The notes below the pieces were generated by a model. The model was not told where the DNA came from. It worked only from the letters and a program-made list of their open reading frames with translations, and did no database searches. The position numbers were made by a program, and so were the translations under genes. Below are positions 22,415 to 33,818 of a stretch of DNA of 64,000 bases, in pieces. This DNA is from Ochotona princeps (lineage: Eukaryota): NCBI RefSeq assembly GCF_030435755.1, contig NC_080837.1:45075563-45139562 (forward strand). Direction: 5' to 3'. How positions within the stretch are numbered: position 1 is the stretch's first letter; every line of letters starts with the position of its first letter.

Positions 22415-22725
22415 TGGCACTGTGGTACAGCAGATAAGTTGCTGCCTACAATAACAGAATCTCACACGGGTGCTGGTTCATGTCCCAGCTGGTCTACCTT
22501 CAGTCCAGCTCCCTACCAACGGACTAGGAAAGCAGCAGGAGACGGTGCAAGTACTTGGGCCCTGCCATCCATGTGGGTACCTGAATAAAGCTTGGCTTCT
22601 GGCCTTGGTCCTGCCTCAGTTCTGGCCATTGTAGTCACCAGGGAAGTAAATCAGCAGATGGAAGATCTCTCTCCCCCTCCCTCTCTCTCTCTTTCTAACT
22701 CTGCAAAATAAATAAGTCTTTTTTA
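22415..22725 (+). mobile_element. C-repeat-related SINE
   Basis: in tandem with the previous element. Confidence 0.75.
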
Positions 22726-23212
22726 AAAATTCAGTAAAGAGTGACTAGAAAAGCACCACAAAGAGTAGCATGGTGGCACACTGATGGCTGGGTTAGGGCA
22801 TGTTGAGTGCAGCCCAGATTCCCACCGTGGTGCCTCGAAGAATGGGGCCACCAGCACAAAAAAAGAGCTAGAAGGAGGACCTCATTCTGGCCCAGGAGGA
22901 GATGTGAAATGGGAATTTCAATATGTTGCATTAGAGGGCTCAGCAGCAGGTGGTTGGCAGGGGAGTCCTACCCAGAGTCAAGCCCAGAGGCTGGAGTGCC
23001 CAGGACATCCAAGTGGCAGAGAGGAGAGGAGCCGCCAAGGGGTAGGGAGCAGGGTGGGGCTAGGCAGGGCTGTTTCTCTGACCAAGCACTTTGATCTGAC
23101 CTGACTGGCATGGGGATGTCGCACCCATCAGCAGGCCTGGCCTATTCAGACCTTCAGGGAACTCTCTGCGGGTTTTCTACAGGGAACTTCCACACCACCT
23201 CGAGGGTCATAC

Positions 23213-23336
23213 CTGCCAGGCTCTCAGGTCCAGTAGGTAAACCGTCCCATTGGCAGTGCCCACAGCTGCTCTCTGCCCACTGGGGGAGATGGCCACAGCT
23301 GTGGGGGAGGAGGAGACTGGCAGAGACACGCTGAAG
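23213..23336 (-). CDS. TEP1: TEP1 first WD exon (SFSVSLPVSSSPTAVAISPSGQRAAVGTANGTVYLLDLRAWQ)
   Basis: anchored to ORF 23207-23404; acceptor cttcctgctccttctccag, donor gtatga. Confidence 0.82.
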
Positions 23337-23583
23337 CTGGAGAAGGAGCAGGAAGAGAGGAGGCTTTGGGGAGGGGGAAAGCAAACAGGTATCCATCTCC
23401 GCATTTCTGCACTTGGATCCCTTTCTCCCCAGTGATTCTGGTCTGTCCTTTATTCTCTGGCACACAGTGGTTCAATGAGCTAAGCTGCTGCCTACAACAC
23501 CAGCCATACTGGAGGACCAGATTTTAAAAAAAGGAAAAGCAAATACAATAGCGTGCTCTGTTTGGGGTCAAGGGTCCTCCTAC

Positions 23584-23815
23584 CTTTGTTGATCGCTCAT
23601 GGACTGGGGCTTATTAAGCCACTGTAGCTTGTGCTGGAGGTGCCATCGCTGGGACAGCAGGGGGGCCTGGCAGCAGAGAGGCGAGTCCTGAGGCTGGTTG
23701 GCCGCCTGCTGGGCCAGCAGGACGGGGTACTGGCTGAGGATTGGCGCCTGCTGCCTCAAGAAGGTGCGAAAAACAGCAACATCAGCCTCAGGGAGCGGCT
23801 GTTCCTCGTCAGGGT
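23584..23815 (-). CDS. TEP1: TEP1 exon (DPDEEQPLPEADVAVFRTFLRQQAPILSQYPVLLAQQAANQPQDSPLCCQAPLLSQRWHLQHKLQWLNKPQSMSDQQ)
   Basis: antisense of + ORF 23631-23819; acceptor ctttgtagcttcttcag, donor gtagga; phases match neighbours. Confidence 0.72.
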
Positions 23816-24256
23816 CTGAAGAAGCTACAAAGACAAGCAGTATGTCCCTAGGAGGCGAGCCTGGACCCTGTGAACCCCAGCACCAAGTACAATCATACAG
23901 TGCAAATTAATAAACCTCAAAACATGGCTGCCTGGCCTCACAGCAGGAAGGCTTGCTATAAAAACAAAAAGAACCAGAACCTAGAGAACCAGAATCTTGG
24001 GGCCCAAGGATGTGTAATTTGACAAATGTCCCACATTAAACTTCATGCCTATGAAATAAAGTTTAAGAAGCTCTGATCTAGGGGATCAAAGCAAAATGTT
24101 TCCTAAGAATCACCTGCTCACCCTCTTGGTATCTTCAACCTGCAACAGAAATATGGCTATTCTTCCACCGCAACGCCCCCGGCAGCAGCTAGAACCCCAG
24201 AACACTCCCAGGAGGCCGATGGACCAGAGAAGAAACTCCCCAGTTTGTCAGCTCAC

Positions 24257-24371
24257 CATAAAGGGCGTGGGCCTCCAGGAGGCGAGAGATCAGACCCAGT
24301 TCCAGGTGTGCAGCCACCACGTGGACACTGGTGAGGAACTTGGCAAGAAGGCCCCGGTTCCCACTCTGGAG
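24257..24371 (-). CDS. TEP1: TEP1 exon (LQSGNRGLLAKFLTSVHVVAAHLELGLISRLLEAHALY)
   Basis: acceptor caatctgactttcctag, donor gtgagc. Confidence 0.72.
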
Positions 24372-24633
24372 CTAGGAAAGTCAGATTGGGTTCATTAGCA
24401 AGCTGAAGAGGCTGGTGAGCAGGGAGATTCTGGGTTCCCAAACCCTGCCTGCATAGCCAGGAGCTGGGACGAACACCTCAGCAAGCAGAGCAGGAAAACT
24501 GAAAGGAGACAGTGGAGGAGGGGTGGGAAGGAGTAACGGCAGCTGTGATGGGGCATGGAGGTAAAAGATGGGCAGGGGCTCAGCAGGCAAAGCAGCTGCC
24601 TGGACAGAAGTGTCCATGACGTTTGACACAAAC

Positions 24634-24722
24634 CAGGTGGTAAGGCAGGTCCTCCAGAGCCTCTGGAGGGCAATTTCGGAAGGTGCCCAAGCCATCAGGA
24701 TCACATGTCTTCCAGAGCTGGG
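24634..24722 (-). CDS. TEP1: TEP1 exon (TQLWKTCDPDGLGTFRNCPPEALEDLPYHL)
   Basis: acceptor caatgtctctccttccag; weak donor gtttgt; frame fixed by phase continuity with both neighbours; the overlapping ORF 24381-24704 is in the wrong frame. Confidence 0.68.
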
Positions 24723-24853
24723 CTGGAAGGAGAGACATTGGGAAGGACTAGGGCATTGAGATCATGAAGGCCGCATCAAAGGATGGCGGGCCAGGAAGCA
24801 CTCCAGGCATGGTCTCCACACCCCATGCCCAGGCTGGCCTGGATGGCACTCAC

Positions 24854-24987
24854 TAGCAATGAAGATGTGTGCCGTGTCCTCCAGTCCTGGCTTCTTCCCA
24901 TAGCGACGCCTGGCTGCTGTCCTCAGAGGCCCATCAGAGAGGCAGAGGCGGGCCCCAGGGCGCTCCAGAGGGCCCTCTCCTAGTAAA
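24854..24987 (-). CDS. TEP1: TEP1 exon (SLLGEGPLERPGARLCLSDGPLRTAARRRYGKKPGLEDTAHIFIA)
   Basis: anchored to ORF 24762-25256; acceptor ctgcattcctgtgaggacag, chosen because the upstream ctgcag site would leave a 54-nt intron and break phase; donor gtgagt. Confidence 0.7.
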
Positions 24988-25094
24988 CTGTCCTCACAGG
25001 AATGCAGGGAGAGAGGCCCCATGAGACCCTGGATCACAGACTGCAGGCAGAGTGAGGCGGGTGGGAGCTCAGCTGGGTGGAGGGACACCTGTAC

Positions 25095-25245
25095 CTGCGT
25101 AGACTCTGGACAAGGTAGGCAAAGGGTCCCATGGGATAGGGCTCTCTGCTGTTCCCAGCAGCCAGTGCCTCTTCCCAGCTCTTGGTCCCTTTGGGCAGAG
25201 TCCTCCAAGCACTCAGCACTCCATGCAGCTGGTCCACAGTCAGAC
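25095..25245 (-). CDS. TEP1: TEP1 exon (LTVDQLHGVLSAWRTLPKGTKSWEEALAAGNSREPYPMGPFAYLVQSL)
   Basis: anchored to ORF 25034-25285; acceptor ggcttggctttcag, donor gtacag. Confidence 0.78.
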
Positions 25246-25411
25246 CTGAAAGCCAAGCCCTCTGAGGCTCAAACTCCCTGTCCAAACCACAACATGCCCC
25301 ACCACCCCGATGACTCCTGACCCTCCCTGCCTGGCTTGCTGAGACCCTATGTTAACCAAGGACACTTGACCATGGAAACCCCCAGCTTCTCAACCCACTC
25401 CAACCACTGAC

Positions 25412-25544
25412 CGCTCCGGGTGACCTCAAGGGTGGCCAAGGCCTGGGAAAGGACATGGGGCCCATGCTCTTGCTCCAGGGTACTCAGGATGTGCTGCAGC
25501 AGCAAGGGGACAGTGGCGGGCAGGGTGCGGAGTCTCTCGGACAC
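25412..25544 (-). CDS. TEP1: TEP1 exon (VSERLRTLPATVPLLLQHILSTLEQEHGPHVLSQALATLEVTRS)
   Basis: anchored to ORF 25347-25544; acceptor cttcctcaccctccag, donor gtcagt. Confidence 0.8.
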
Positions 25545-25817
25545 CTGGAGGGTGAGGAAGTCCAGCTGTCAGTTGGGGAGCCAATGGCGAGGAGTAGTTT
25601 CAGTTGTTGCGAAAGGGCAGTAGAAAAACAGTGGGCAGGGATGAAAAAAAAACACAGAGAAGGAGGTGGGCAAGAAGAGGGGACAGGAGTATGCCAAAAA
25701 GAGGGAGTGAGTGATCCCAAGATGGCATGGGAGGAGCAGTCATGCTGAAGGAAGGCAACAAAGAAGTCCAGCGGCAGAGAAGTAAGAGCAGGACTCAGGC
25801 GACGCGCAGCAACCAAC

Positions 25818-25910
25818 CTGCTCATAGAGCGTGAAGAGCCGCAGGTAATCGGTGACCAAGCGCAAGTACAGTGGCAGGCCTGAGCCCCGCTTCACCAGCA
25901 GCAGCTGCAT
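25818..25910 (-). CDS. TEP1: TEP1 exon (MQLLLVKRGSGLPLYLRLVTDYLRLFTLYEQ)
   Basis: anchored to ORF 25740-26000; acceptor gaatcctctgggtctcggcag, weak donor gttggt. Confidence 0.75.
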
Positions 25911-26330
25911 CTGCCGAGACCCAGAGGATTCGGGGGGCGGGGGGGACCAAGGAGGCTGACCATAGCCAGCCAACTGCCACTTGTACCCCCAGTCCGCCAC
26001 AAGGCAGTGCCTTCACTGAGAGTCCCTGGCAGGGGACAGGTGCACAGACATCACCATAGGACACAACCATCCTTCCCCACTTCCCAACCAGCCCCTGTGG
26101 CTCACAGCCTGACCCCACCCATAGCCAGAGAGCAACATCCCCCTTCTCCCCAAAAAGCCCTGAAGATACCAGTCACCAGGTGAACAAGGCAATCCTACTA
26201 ACAGTCATACTACTAACAGCTTCCCCAGCACAGAGCCCTGAGAAGGCAGGAAGCAGCCAGCCTGCTAGAACACCTGACAGCCTCGGTGCTCCAAGAACTC
26301 AGCTCTCAGATCCCTCATCCCACCCACACC

Positions 26331-26336
<6 letters not shown>

Positions 26337-26372
<36 letters not shown>

Positions 26373-26400
26373 CTTTCTCTCTCACACAAACACACACACA
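26337..26400. repeat. (CT)18 then (CA)n microsatellite (TEP1 intron, beside a weak donor)
   Basis: ctctctctctctctctctctctctctctatctatctctttctctctcacacaaacacacacacag. Confidence 0.95.
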
Positions 26401-26424
26401 GAGGAATCCTGACCCACAGCCAAC

Positions 26425-26604
26425 CTGGTTATTAAATGGAGACTCCTCCAGCCGCTTCCCGTATAAAGCCAGCTCCTCTCTCACCAGCTGGGCCCGGGCA
26501 GATGGCTCCAGCGCCCGCAGGGCCACCACATGGGCACCCTGGCTTTGCTCAAGAGTCTCCCCGAGGCTCCCATCGCTTGACACACTCAGCACCAGATGCA
26601 CCCA
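26425..26604 (-). CDS. TEP1: TEP1 NACHT-region exon (WVHLVLSVSSDGSLGETLEQSQGAHVVALRALEPSARAQLVREELALYGKRLEESPFNNQ)
   Basis: anchored to ORF 26299-26688; acceptor ...cctcaaatgagacag, weak donor gttggc; a (CT)n/(CA)n microsatellite lies just inside the following intron. Confidence 0.78.
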
Positions 26605-26716
26605 CTGTCTCATTTGAGGAAAGAAGCATGGGAGTGGGGGATAGAAAGAAGAGAACATCAGAAAGTCCCCTCTCCCTTTCTCTCCCAACCTGCCTCTTCC
26701 ACCTGCTCACACTCAC

Positions 26717-26873
26717 CCGAGGAAGGGTCTTCGGGATCCAGTCTGAGATCAGCTGCCCTTTCTGGTCCACCAACCTGTCAGCCCCATCAACGATCAGGAC
26801 CAGGGTCTGGCCAGGTTTCAGGGACTCGGCTGACTTGGGCAGCAGCGTCTGCTGCAGCTCCCACACTAGGCCT
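26717..26873 (-). CDS. TEP1: TEP1 NACHT exon with Walker B (GLVWELQQTLLPKSAESLKPGQTLVLIVDGADRLVDQKGQLISDWIPKTLPR)
   Basis: anchored to ORF 26549-26866; acceptor cccctccaccgacag, donor gtgagt. Confidence 0.8.
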
Positions 26874-26969
26874 CTGTCGGTGGAGGGGAATTCAGGGTCA
26901 GTGTGTGAGGAGATGTGGGGGTGATGCCATGAGGCCTCAGCGAGGCAGGGCTAGAAGGGAGCTACACAC

Positions 26970-27145
26970 CGGTACGTGCTGGGCAGGACACTTGGCTCAT
27001 GCAATTGGCTGTGCAGATGGGTACAGAGGCGTCTGAGTAGGGTGAGGGCAAGACCTTGGTCAGGACGAGCCCCTGCAAAGTGATAGAAGACTACGGGCGC
27101 CACCTTGGCGCCATCAGGAGCCTGCAGTGCTGACACGAGGGATGC
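26970..27145 (-). CDS. TEP1: TEP1 NACHT exon (ASLVSALQAPDGAKVAPVVFYHFAGARPDQGLALTLLRRLCTHLHSQLHEPSVLPSTY)
   Basis: anchored to ORF 26951-27136; acceptor ttcccgtcccttgtag, donor gtgtgt. Confidence 0.8.
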
Positions 27146-27245
27146 CTACAAGGGACGGGAACAGAAGACAGACACCTTGGAAGTGCGCATGCTCCCTGTG
27201 CCCCGCCTCCTTAGCCCACCCAGCCAGGGCCCTGAAAGGCTGTAC

Positions 27246-27440
27246 CAGAAAGGCAGTCTTGCCCTGTCCTGACGGCCCGGTCACCAGGCTCAGCCTCTCC
27301 CGGCGCAGCATCAGCTGCTGCACCATGTCCTGAAGAAGGCGTGGGCGGGCAGAACTCAGGGGCTTCTGCAGCTGCTGAAAGGTGGCCTGGACCGCATCAT
27401 CGTCAGAGTCGGAGGCCGGCTGCTCTGGCTGAGTCCCAGG
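27246..27440 (-). CDS. TEP1: TEP1 NACHT exon with Walker A/P-loop (PGTQPEQPASDSDDDAVQATFQQLQKPLSSARPRLLQDMVQQLMLRRERLSLVTGPSGQGKTAFL)
   Basis: anchored to ORF 27114-27491; acceptor cgccctctgtgtcctcag, donor gtacag; GxxxxGKT motif. Confidence 0.82.
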
Positions 27441-27601
27441 CTGAGGACACAGAGGGCGGTGATGACCTGTCATTCCAGGCCCCTCAGTCACCAGGCATCA
27501 CGCACGTGACCCCCACAGGATGGATTCCTCCTTCCCCACCAGGGCTCACCCCGATCACCCTCCCTCCCTCCACTCCACCAGTTCCCATCACTCCCTCTGA
27601 C

Positions 27602-27719
27602 CTTGAGGTAAAGCTTCTGGATCATGTCCCACACGTCTTGCAGAACCAACTGCCCAAACTCCTCTAGCCCTGCAACGTAGGGCCGGCCAGCAGCCACACC
27701 CCCCCACCCACAGGTGTAT
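27602..27719 (-). CDS. TEP1: TEP1 exon (YTCGWGGVAAGRPYVAGLEEFGQLVLQDVWDMIQKLYLK)
   Basis: anchored to ORF 27488-27805; acceptor caacttgttttgcccacag, donor gtcaga. Confidence 0.8.
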
Positions 27720-27805
27720 CTGTGGGCAAAACAAGTTGCACCCAGGTCAGGGCAGGCCTGGCTCCCTTGCCGCAGCTCTCTGTTCAGGGGCATTCCCCAG
27801 CTCAC

Positions 27806-27919
27806 CTGCGACAGGTAATTCCTTTCTGTCTGCTCAGGTAGCCCTTCAGTTCTGAGACCCGACGCGCAGCCTCCTCAGACTCAGAAACAAAGTCCGATTT
27901 CCAGGCATCTGGCATAGAG
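27806..27919 (-). CDS. TEP1: TEP1 exon ([36 protein letters not shown])
   Basis: acceptor ...ccttggtggtcag (weak pyrimidine tract), donor gtgagc; phases match both neighbours. Confidence 0.68.
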
Positions 27920-28177
27920 CTGACCACCAAGGTTAGACCAAGCGTGAGGTTACCCTCAGAGCCAGCTGCCGCCACCAAACATCACAAGTGATTCCCTGAC
28001 TACCTCATATGGTGTTCCCCAAACGTCAGCTCTGAGGCTGACTGGGGGCTGTAACAGAGTTCTCTCTGGGGCCTGCTTCTCTCTTCTGGCTCCCTCCTCT
28101 TTGAATTTTGGAGATGACTAAGACAGCCTTTGCCCTCTGGGGAGGGCAATGCTGGCCCCGGAAGCAACAGAACGTAC

Positions 28178-28302
28178 CCGAGGAAGCTTGAATCCCGGAA
28201 GTAGATGAGAGCCTGGGCAGCAGGCTGCAGACCTGGGTCCCGATTCAGGAACTGCATCACCTCCATCTCCGTCACAGAGCGTCCTGCAGGGTACTGCTTG
28301 GC
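28178..28302 (-). CDS. TEP1: TEP1 exon ([41 protein letters not shown])
   Basis: anchored to ORF 28000-28275; acceptor tttgctctctccctgtag, donor gtacgt. Confidence 0.8.
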
Positions 28303-28828
28303 CTACAGGGAGAGAGCAAAGAGGACAAGTTTAGGTCACTTTCATGCCCCTCACCCCCAGCCTCCATCACATCCCTCCCAGACGTAGCTGATCGCTAACA
28401 TTTATGGAATGCCCATCATGGATGGAGCATCTCTTGAAAAGGCTTTTAATTCTGACATGAACATGCAATGTGGGTGTGGCTGTTTCTTTTTAATATATGG
28501 GGAGACTAAGGAGAGATTAGATTCAGCTGCTTCTCACAAAGCCAGATAACCTGCAAATGCCAGACCAGAGATCGGATCCCACCTTTGACGGACAGAACAC
28601 CCAGCTACCTCTCCTACCTCTCCTCCTCCTTCTCACATCCTTTGGTCAAATCCAGAGAGCCTTGTCAAATGCATTCCCCCCCTCTAGGACTTAGCCACTC
28701 GCACAATTTCCTGCCCATGTCTCACTCCAAGCAACCAGGGCCTGCCTGTGCACAGGCCCATGGGTTCCTGACAAACTCCCCCAACTCCTGTCTGACCTTG
28801 ACTTTCTCCCCAACTTCATGTTGCTCAC

Positions 28829-28949
28829 CCAGTGGAAGTGAGGGTGATCAGGTAGGTTGTAGTCCAGGGGAACGTAGCCATAGCGGGAGCCCAGGATCCC
28901 CACAAACAGCTGGGAACTCGCCACCTCCCCGAGGCAAACCTCCAGCTGC
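28829..28949 (-). CDS. TEP1: TEP1 exon ([40 protein letters not shown])
   Basis: anchored to ORF 28691-29092; acceptor cttcataaccatgcctgcag, donor gtgagc. Confidence 0.8.
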
Positions 28950-29175
28950 CTGCAGGCATGGTTATGAAGACAGGAAAGAATCAGTGGTGCGAGGATGAGG
29001 GAATGCGAGTAGGGGCCTGGGGTACATTGAGCAAAGTCAACGCAGGCGGCCCTCATTAGCACCTGACAAGCAACTCCATGCCTTGCTCTCATTGATTCTT
29101 GCAGCCCTAGCTTCGGCCCACCTCAGCTCTGGCGCTCCAGCCCCTCATTCCTGCAGCCCACCCCTACATCCCTAC

Positions 29176-29405
29176 CTGTTCCTGCGGGTTTCCTCCTCCG
29201 TGATGCCCCAGCGCAGGTCAATTCCGTGTAGACTGATGCGGTGGGGTGCAGCTCGGGCCTGCAGGGCTGGCAGCACAGACCTCAGCAGCAAGTCCCGCTC
29301 CCCGTGCATGTCCCGGAAAGTGGATGAAATGAAAAGCCGGATATTGCGCCACCTGAGGGTTGGCAGGGAGATGGCGAGACTCAGTCTAGTGATTGGCCCC
29401 ACCAC
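29176..29405 (-). CDS. TEP1: TEP1 exon ([76 protein letters not shown])
   Basis: anchored to ORF 29172-29405; donor gtaggg; 5' acceptor (..ggtggattag) weak, so the true start may be a few codons 3' of this. Confidence 0.7.
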
Positions 29406-30349
29406 CTAATCCACCAAGAGTGATGCGATCACCTTCAGAACTGAACGTGAACCAGGGGGCTAGGGAGCGGCAAGGGGGGCCCAGCAACACTCCAGAGAAC
29501 AGTCCACTCTGGTCTCAAATGCAGAACCCTACAATTTCTTGATGTTCCTCCCATAGCCCTCCCTTTTTGCCTTGCCATTATTATGCACTTAAAATTTGCT
29601 CACGTGACACAGTGAGGTAAATATTATTATGATCTCCTTTTCATTGGCCAGGAAACTATCGCTTTAAGAAATCAGACAATTAGCCCAACATTCAAGGTAC
29701 TCTTTGGCAAAGCTAGGATGAAAAAGTCAGAGCCTGTACTTCCAAGTCCTGCACCTAAGCCCCAGGTATATGGCCATGGTGCCTGCTGGCCTCACAGTAT
29801 TATATCTAACCTTCAAATTCACAGCCTGACAGTTCCCCGTGCTAAAGAAACGTGCCGCTAGGAGAAGTATACCTTGGCGACTAGAACAAACAGTAGCTCA
29901 ACAGCCAGAATTTCAGTTTCTGATCTTATCACAACCCTTCCCAATTCACTAAGACATAGAAACACAGACGGACCCAGGTTGGGAAATAGGAGCTAGGGGG
30001 CTTGGAACATTCTCTTCCACGGGCCGGAGAGATGTGACTCCCTTCTTTCCTGGGGGTGGTGGAATCTTGAATATTTTATCCATTTGGCCCACATGTTCCA
30101 GAAGGCGGGAGGCTCCGCGTTCTGCGATGAACCTGACATTAACAGTAACAAAATAAATAAAAGTAGAATTCAGAATCAGGAATGTCTTCCAAGAGGGACA
30201 AGGGAAATGGTTAGTGTGGGTCGCCCAGTAAACAGGATCCCCTTAAGAAGACGACTACATATGACAAAAGTAGAGACTGTAGAACCAAGGGAATGGGGGA
30301 GAAGAAAACTCAGCTGGAGCCCACCCTGCTGTGTCTTCCAATAAAAAAA

Positions 30350-30680
30350 TTTCTTAAGATTTATTTTATTTGTATTGGAAAGTAGATATACAGAGAGAAG
30401 GAAGGACAGAGAGGAAGATCTTCCATCTGTTGATTCACTCCCCAAGTGACCACAACAGTCAGAGGTGAGCCAATCTGAAGCCAGGAGACTGGAGTCTCGA
30501 GTTGTTCACATGGGTGCAGAGTCCCAAGGCTTTGGGCCGTCCTCAACTGCCTTCCCAGGCCACAAGCAGGGAGCTGGATGGGAAGCAGGGCTGCCAGGAT
30601 TAGAATCGGCACCCATATGGGATCCTGGCACATGCAAAGTGAGGACTTTAGCAGTTAGGCTATCATGCTGGGCCCGCCAA
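30350..30680 (-). mobile_element. C-repeat SINE
   Basis: TEP1 intron. Confidence 0.85.
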
Positions 30681-31069
30681 TAAATTTTTTTTTAAGTATT
30701 AGAATGTGAAAAACCATAAGCTATTATACATTGTTGATGGGTATGTAAACTAGCATATTCAGTATGGAAAAGAATACAGAAGTTCCTCAAAAAATCTAGA
30801 AATAGAACAGCCACATGATCCAGCTATCTTACTGTGAGCATATATTCAAAGCAATGAAATCAGTATGTCCAAGAGGCGTGTGTGCCCCATGTCTAATACA
30901 GCACTAGTCACAGAAGCCAAGAGAGATTCAACCTAGGGCAGTGGATTAAGAAGATGTGTTCTATAATATGCACAACAGAATATTATTCGGCCATAAAAAG
31001 GAATGGAATTACGTCATTTGCAGTAACATGGATAGAACCAGAAACATTACGTTAAAGCAAATAAGCCAC

Positions 31070-31315
31070 AGGGTAGTGTTGTGGTGCAACAGATTAAGCC
31101 ACTTGCAACAGGGCATCCTTTATCAGAGCACTGGTTGAAGTCCCAGTTGCTCTGCTTCCAATCCAGCACATTGTGGATACCCCAGAAAAGACAGCAGCAG
31201 ATGCCCCAGCCCTGGCGCTTGCAGCCATTGGGAAGTGAATTACAAGAAGATCTCTTTCTCTCTGCCTCTCCTTCGATTGTTCTGCCTTTCAAAGAAATAA
31301 ATAGACCTTTAAGAA
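31070..31315 (+). mobile_element. C-repeat-related SINE, diverged
   Basis: tgtggtgcaacagattaagccacttgc.. Confidence 0.7.
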
Positions 31316-31327
31316 TTTTTAAAGTAG

Positions 31328-31660
31328 GGCCCGGCGGCGTGGCCTAGCGGCTAAAGTCCTCTCCTTGAAAGCCCCGGGATCCCATATGGGCGCCGGTTCT
31401 AATCCCGGCAGCTCCACTTCCCATCCAGCTCCCTGCTTGGGGCCTGGGAAAGCAGTCGAGGATGGCCCAATGCATTGGGACACTGCACCCGCGTGGGAAA
31501 CCCGGAAGAGGTTCCAGGTTCCCGGCTTCGGATCGGCGCGCATCGGCCCGTTGCGGCTCACTTGGGGAGTGAAACATCGGATGGAAGATCTTCCTCTCTG
31601 TCTCTCCTCTGTATATATCTGGCTGTAATAAAATGAATAAATCTTTAAAAAAAAAAAAAA
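31328..31660 (+). mobile_element. C-repeat SINE, near-consensus (young)
   Basis: gggcccggcggcgtggcctagcggctaaagtcctc.. ; poly-A tail. Confidence 0.9.
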
Positions 31661-32274
31661 GAATTTTTAAAGTAATTAGCCAGGCATAGTGAGACAAATA
31701 TTTCATGTTCTCACTTATATTTGGAAGCTACAAAGTTGATCTCACAGAAGCAGAGAGTAGAAGAGTGGCTCGTGGAACACAGCAAAGGTGTGGAAAGGCA
31801 AGCACGCAGAAAGACAGCCAGGGGATACAAGGTACAGATGGATCTGAGGAATAACCTGAAACATTCTAGATCACAGTAGGCTAACTGTGGTTGACAATAA
31901 TTAATGGCACATTTCAAAACAGCCAGCAGAGAGGATTTTTAATCTTCTCAACATAAGAAATAATCAATATATGAAATGAGAGATAAGCAAGAACTCCGGC
32001 TGATCATTACACACTGTGTATACATATTGAAATGGCACATTGTACCCCATAAATATGCATAATTATTATAGAACAATTAAAAATAAAACTGTGTATTTTT
32101 AAAAAATAGCAAGTGCCTGGGTCCCTATATTACTAGCAGGCCTAAACAGCTGTAAAAGAGGAATAAACTTCTACCTTGCTTTAAAAAACAAATAAACGAA
32201 GTAAGACATTAGAGAATTTTCTAAAGGTGTCCTAACAAAGTCCCCAACCCCTTCAGGGTCCACCTTGTACTCAC

Positions 32275-32334
32275 TTCAGGATCCCGTCTGTACAGCCTGA
32301 GAGTGTCACGTCATTGGGATGCGAAACTGGTGAC
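32275..32334 (-). CDS. TEP1: TEP1 small exon (SPVSHPNDVTLSGCTDGIL)
   Basis: acceptor gcgtcttcctttgccag, donor gtgagt; phase joins the previous exon. Confidence 0.65.
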
Positions 32335-32618
32335 CTGGCAAAGGAAGACGCAGTCATTGATCTAGGCTCCCCTCACACCTTAAGATGAACCTGCCCTCTG
32401 TACTTTACATAGGGTTACGTGCTAGGTAAGGGCTGGTACAAACAGATCTAGATTTAGGCTGAAGACCAGAGAAACTTGTAGCCCCTACAGTGCGGCAGCG
32501 ATGAGAAGGCAGAGACAGGAGTACGAAGCTAATGAGCGCATCCCAACCTCTGCAGGGGTTAAGGGGAAGCAGGGACTGTTAACTTTAGACCTCAGGCAGG
32601 GAGTGCAGGCACCCTTAC

Positions 32619-32749
32619 AGGTAGTGCGTCTTTTTTAGGAGGACACCAACAAACAGGCACTTGGGATTCACGTGCTGCCAGAAGAGCTGCTTGGTTACAT
32701 TTAACCTTCTCTCATCCATCTTCTGGCCAAAGAGGATGACCCTGTCCAC
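32619..32749 (-). CDS. TEP1: TEP1 exon (VDRVILFGQKMDERRLNVTKQLFWQHVNPKCLFVGVLLKKTHY)
   Basis: antisense of + ORF 32661-32843; acceptor ttatcctacag, donor gtaagg. Confidence 0.7.
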
Positions 32750-32859
32750 CTGTAGGATAAGAACAGGGACCAATGGGATAGAGGAGATGCGAATGAGCCC
32801 AGGATGTCAAGAAAAGAGGACTGGAGAACCCAGAGCCCTCTGAACAAAAACAGCCACCT

Positions 32860-33190
32860 GGGCCCGGCGGCGTGGCCTAGCAGCTAAAGTTCTCTCCTTG
32901 AATGCCCCGGGATCCCATATGGGTGCCGGTTCTAATCCCGGCAGCTCCACTTCCCATCCAGCTCTCTGCTTGTGGCCTGGGAAAGCAGTGGAGGACAGCC
33001 CAAAGCCTTGGGACCCTGCACCAGCGTGGGAGACCTGGAAGAAGTTCCTGGTTCCCGGCTTCGGATCGGCTGGCCATTGCAGTCACTTGGGGAGTGAATC
33101 ATCGGATGAAAGATCTTCCTCTCTGTCTCTCCTCCTCTCTGTATATCTGACTTTGTAATAAAAGTAAATAAATCTTTTTTTAAAAAAAAA
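32860..33190 (+). mobile_element. C-repeat SINE, near-consensus (young)
   Basis: gggcccggcggcgtggcctagcagctaaagttctc..; poly-A tail. Confidence 0.9.
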
Positions 33191-33740
33191 AAACAGCCAC
33201 CGACCTCTGATGCTCCAGGGCTGCAGACCCTGTGGTAGGGTAGGAGCAGTGGTGTCTACTAAAACGGGCTCCTGTAGGGCTGGTAATTAACATGGTCACT
33301 ATTAAACACTAAACTGTAAAAGCTTAGAAGTAAATAAATCACTTTAAAAACAAATGCATCCGATGCTCCAAACCTGCCCCTTCCTGATTGCTTACTTCAC
33401 CTGACTGTGATCGGCGCTGGAGCTGATGCACCTCCACATGCTAGAAGCAAGGAAATGATACGCGGTGGTGTGCTGCACAGCACTGCCTCCCAACTCCGTG
33501 TGACACCGTGTGGACAGCCTGAATCTGTACAGGACAACTCACACCGTGGAGATCAACAAATGCTGATTTTTAAACTAATCCTTCCAAGACAGGCAGGGTG
33601 AAAAATTCACCAGCACTGCACTAGATCGATGTTGTACATGTTTTGAAAAATCAGCATTACAACAACAAGAAATGAGATACATCCATTGTGGAGAAAAATG
33701 TGAGGACAGGAGGGTTGTTGAGGGACTAAGTAGTACTCAC

Positions 33741-33818
33741 AGGGACCCTTCGGGCAGCTAGGGAGCACAGGTACTTCTCAAAAGTATGCACGGACCAACC
33801 ATCCTTTTTCTCCAGCTC
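33741..33818 (-). CDS. TEP1: TEP1 exon (ELEKKDGWSVHTFEKYLCSLAARRVP)
   Basis: acceptor gagtctcttttcttaag, donor gtgagt; phase 0 both sides. Confidence 0.7.

Noticed and set aside
25040-25094. Upstream acceptor (ctgcag|TCTGTG) that would extend the TEP1 exon by SVIQGLMGPLSLHSCED
   Set aside because: It would leave a 54-nt intron, below the practical minimum. It is also phase-incompatible with the preceding exon (AG+T then CTG TGA stop). The downstream acceptor at 24988 restores ..VQSLR-S-LLGEGPLERPGARL..
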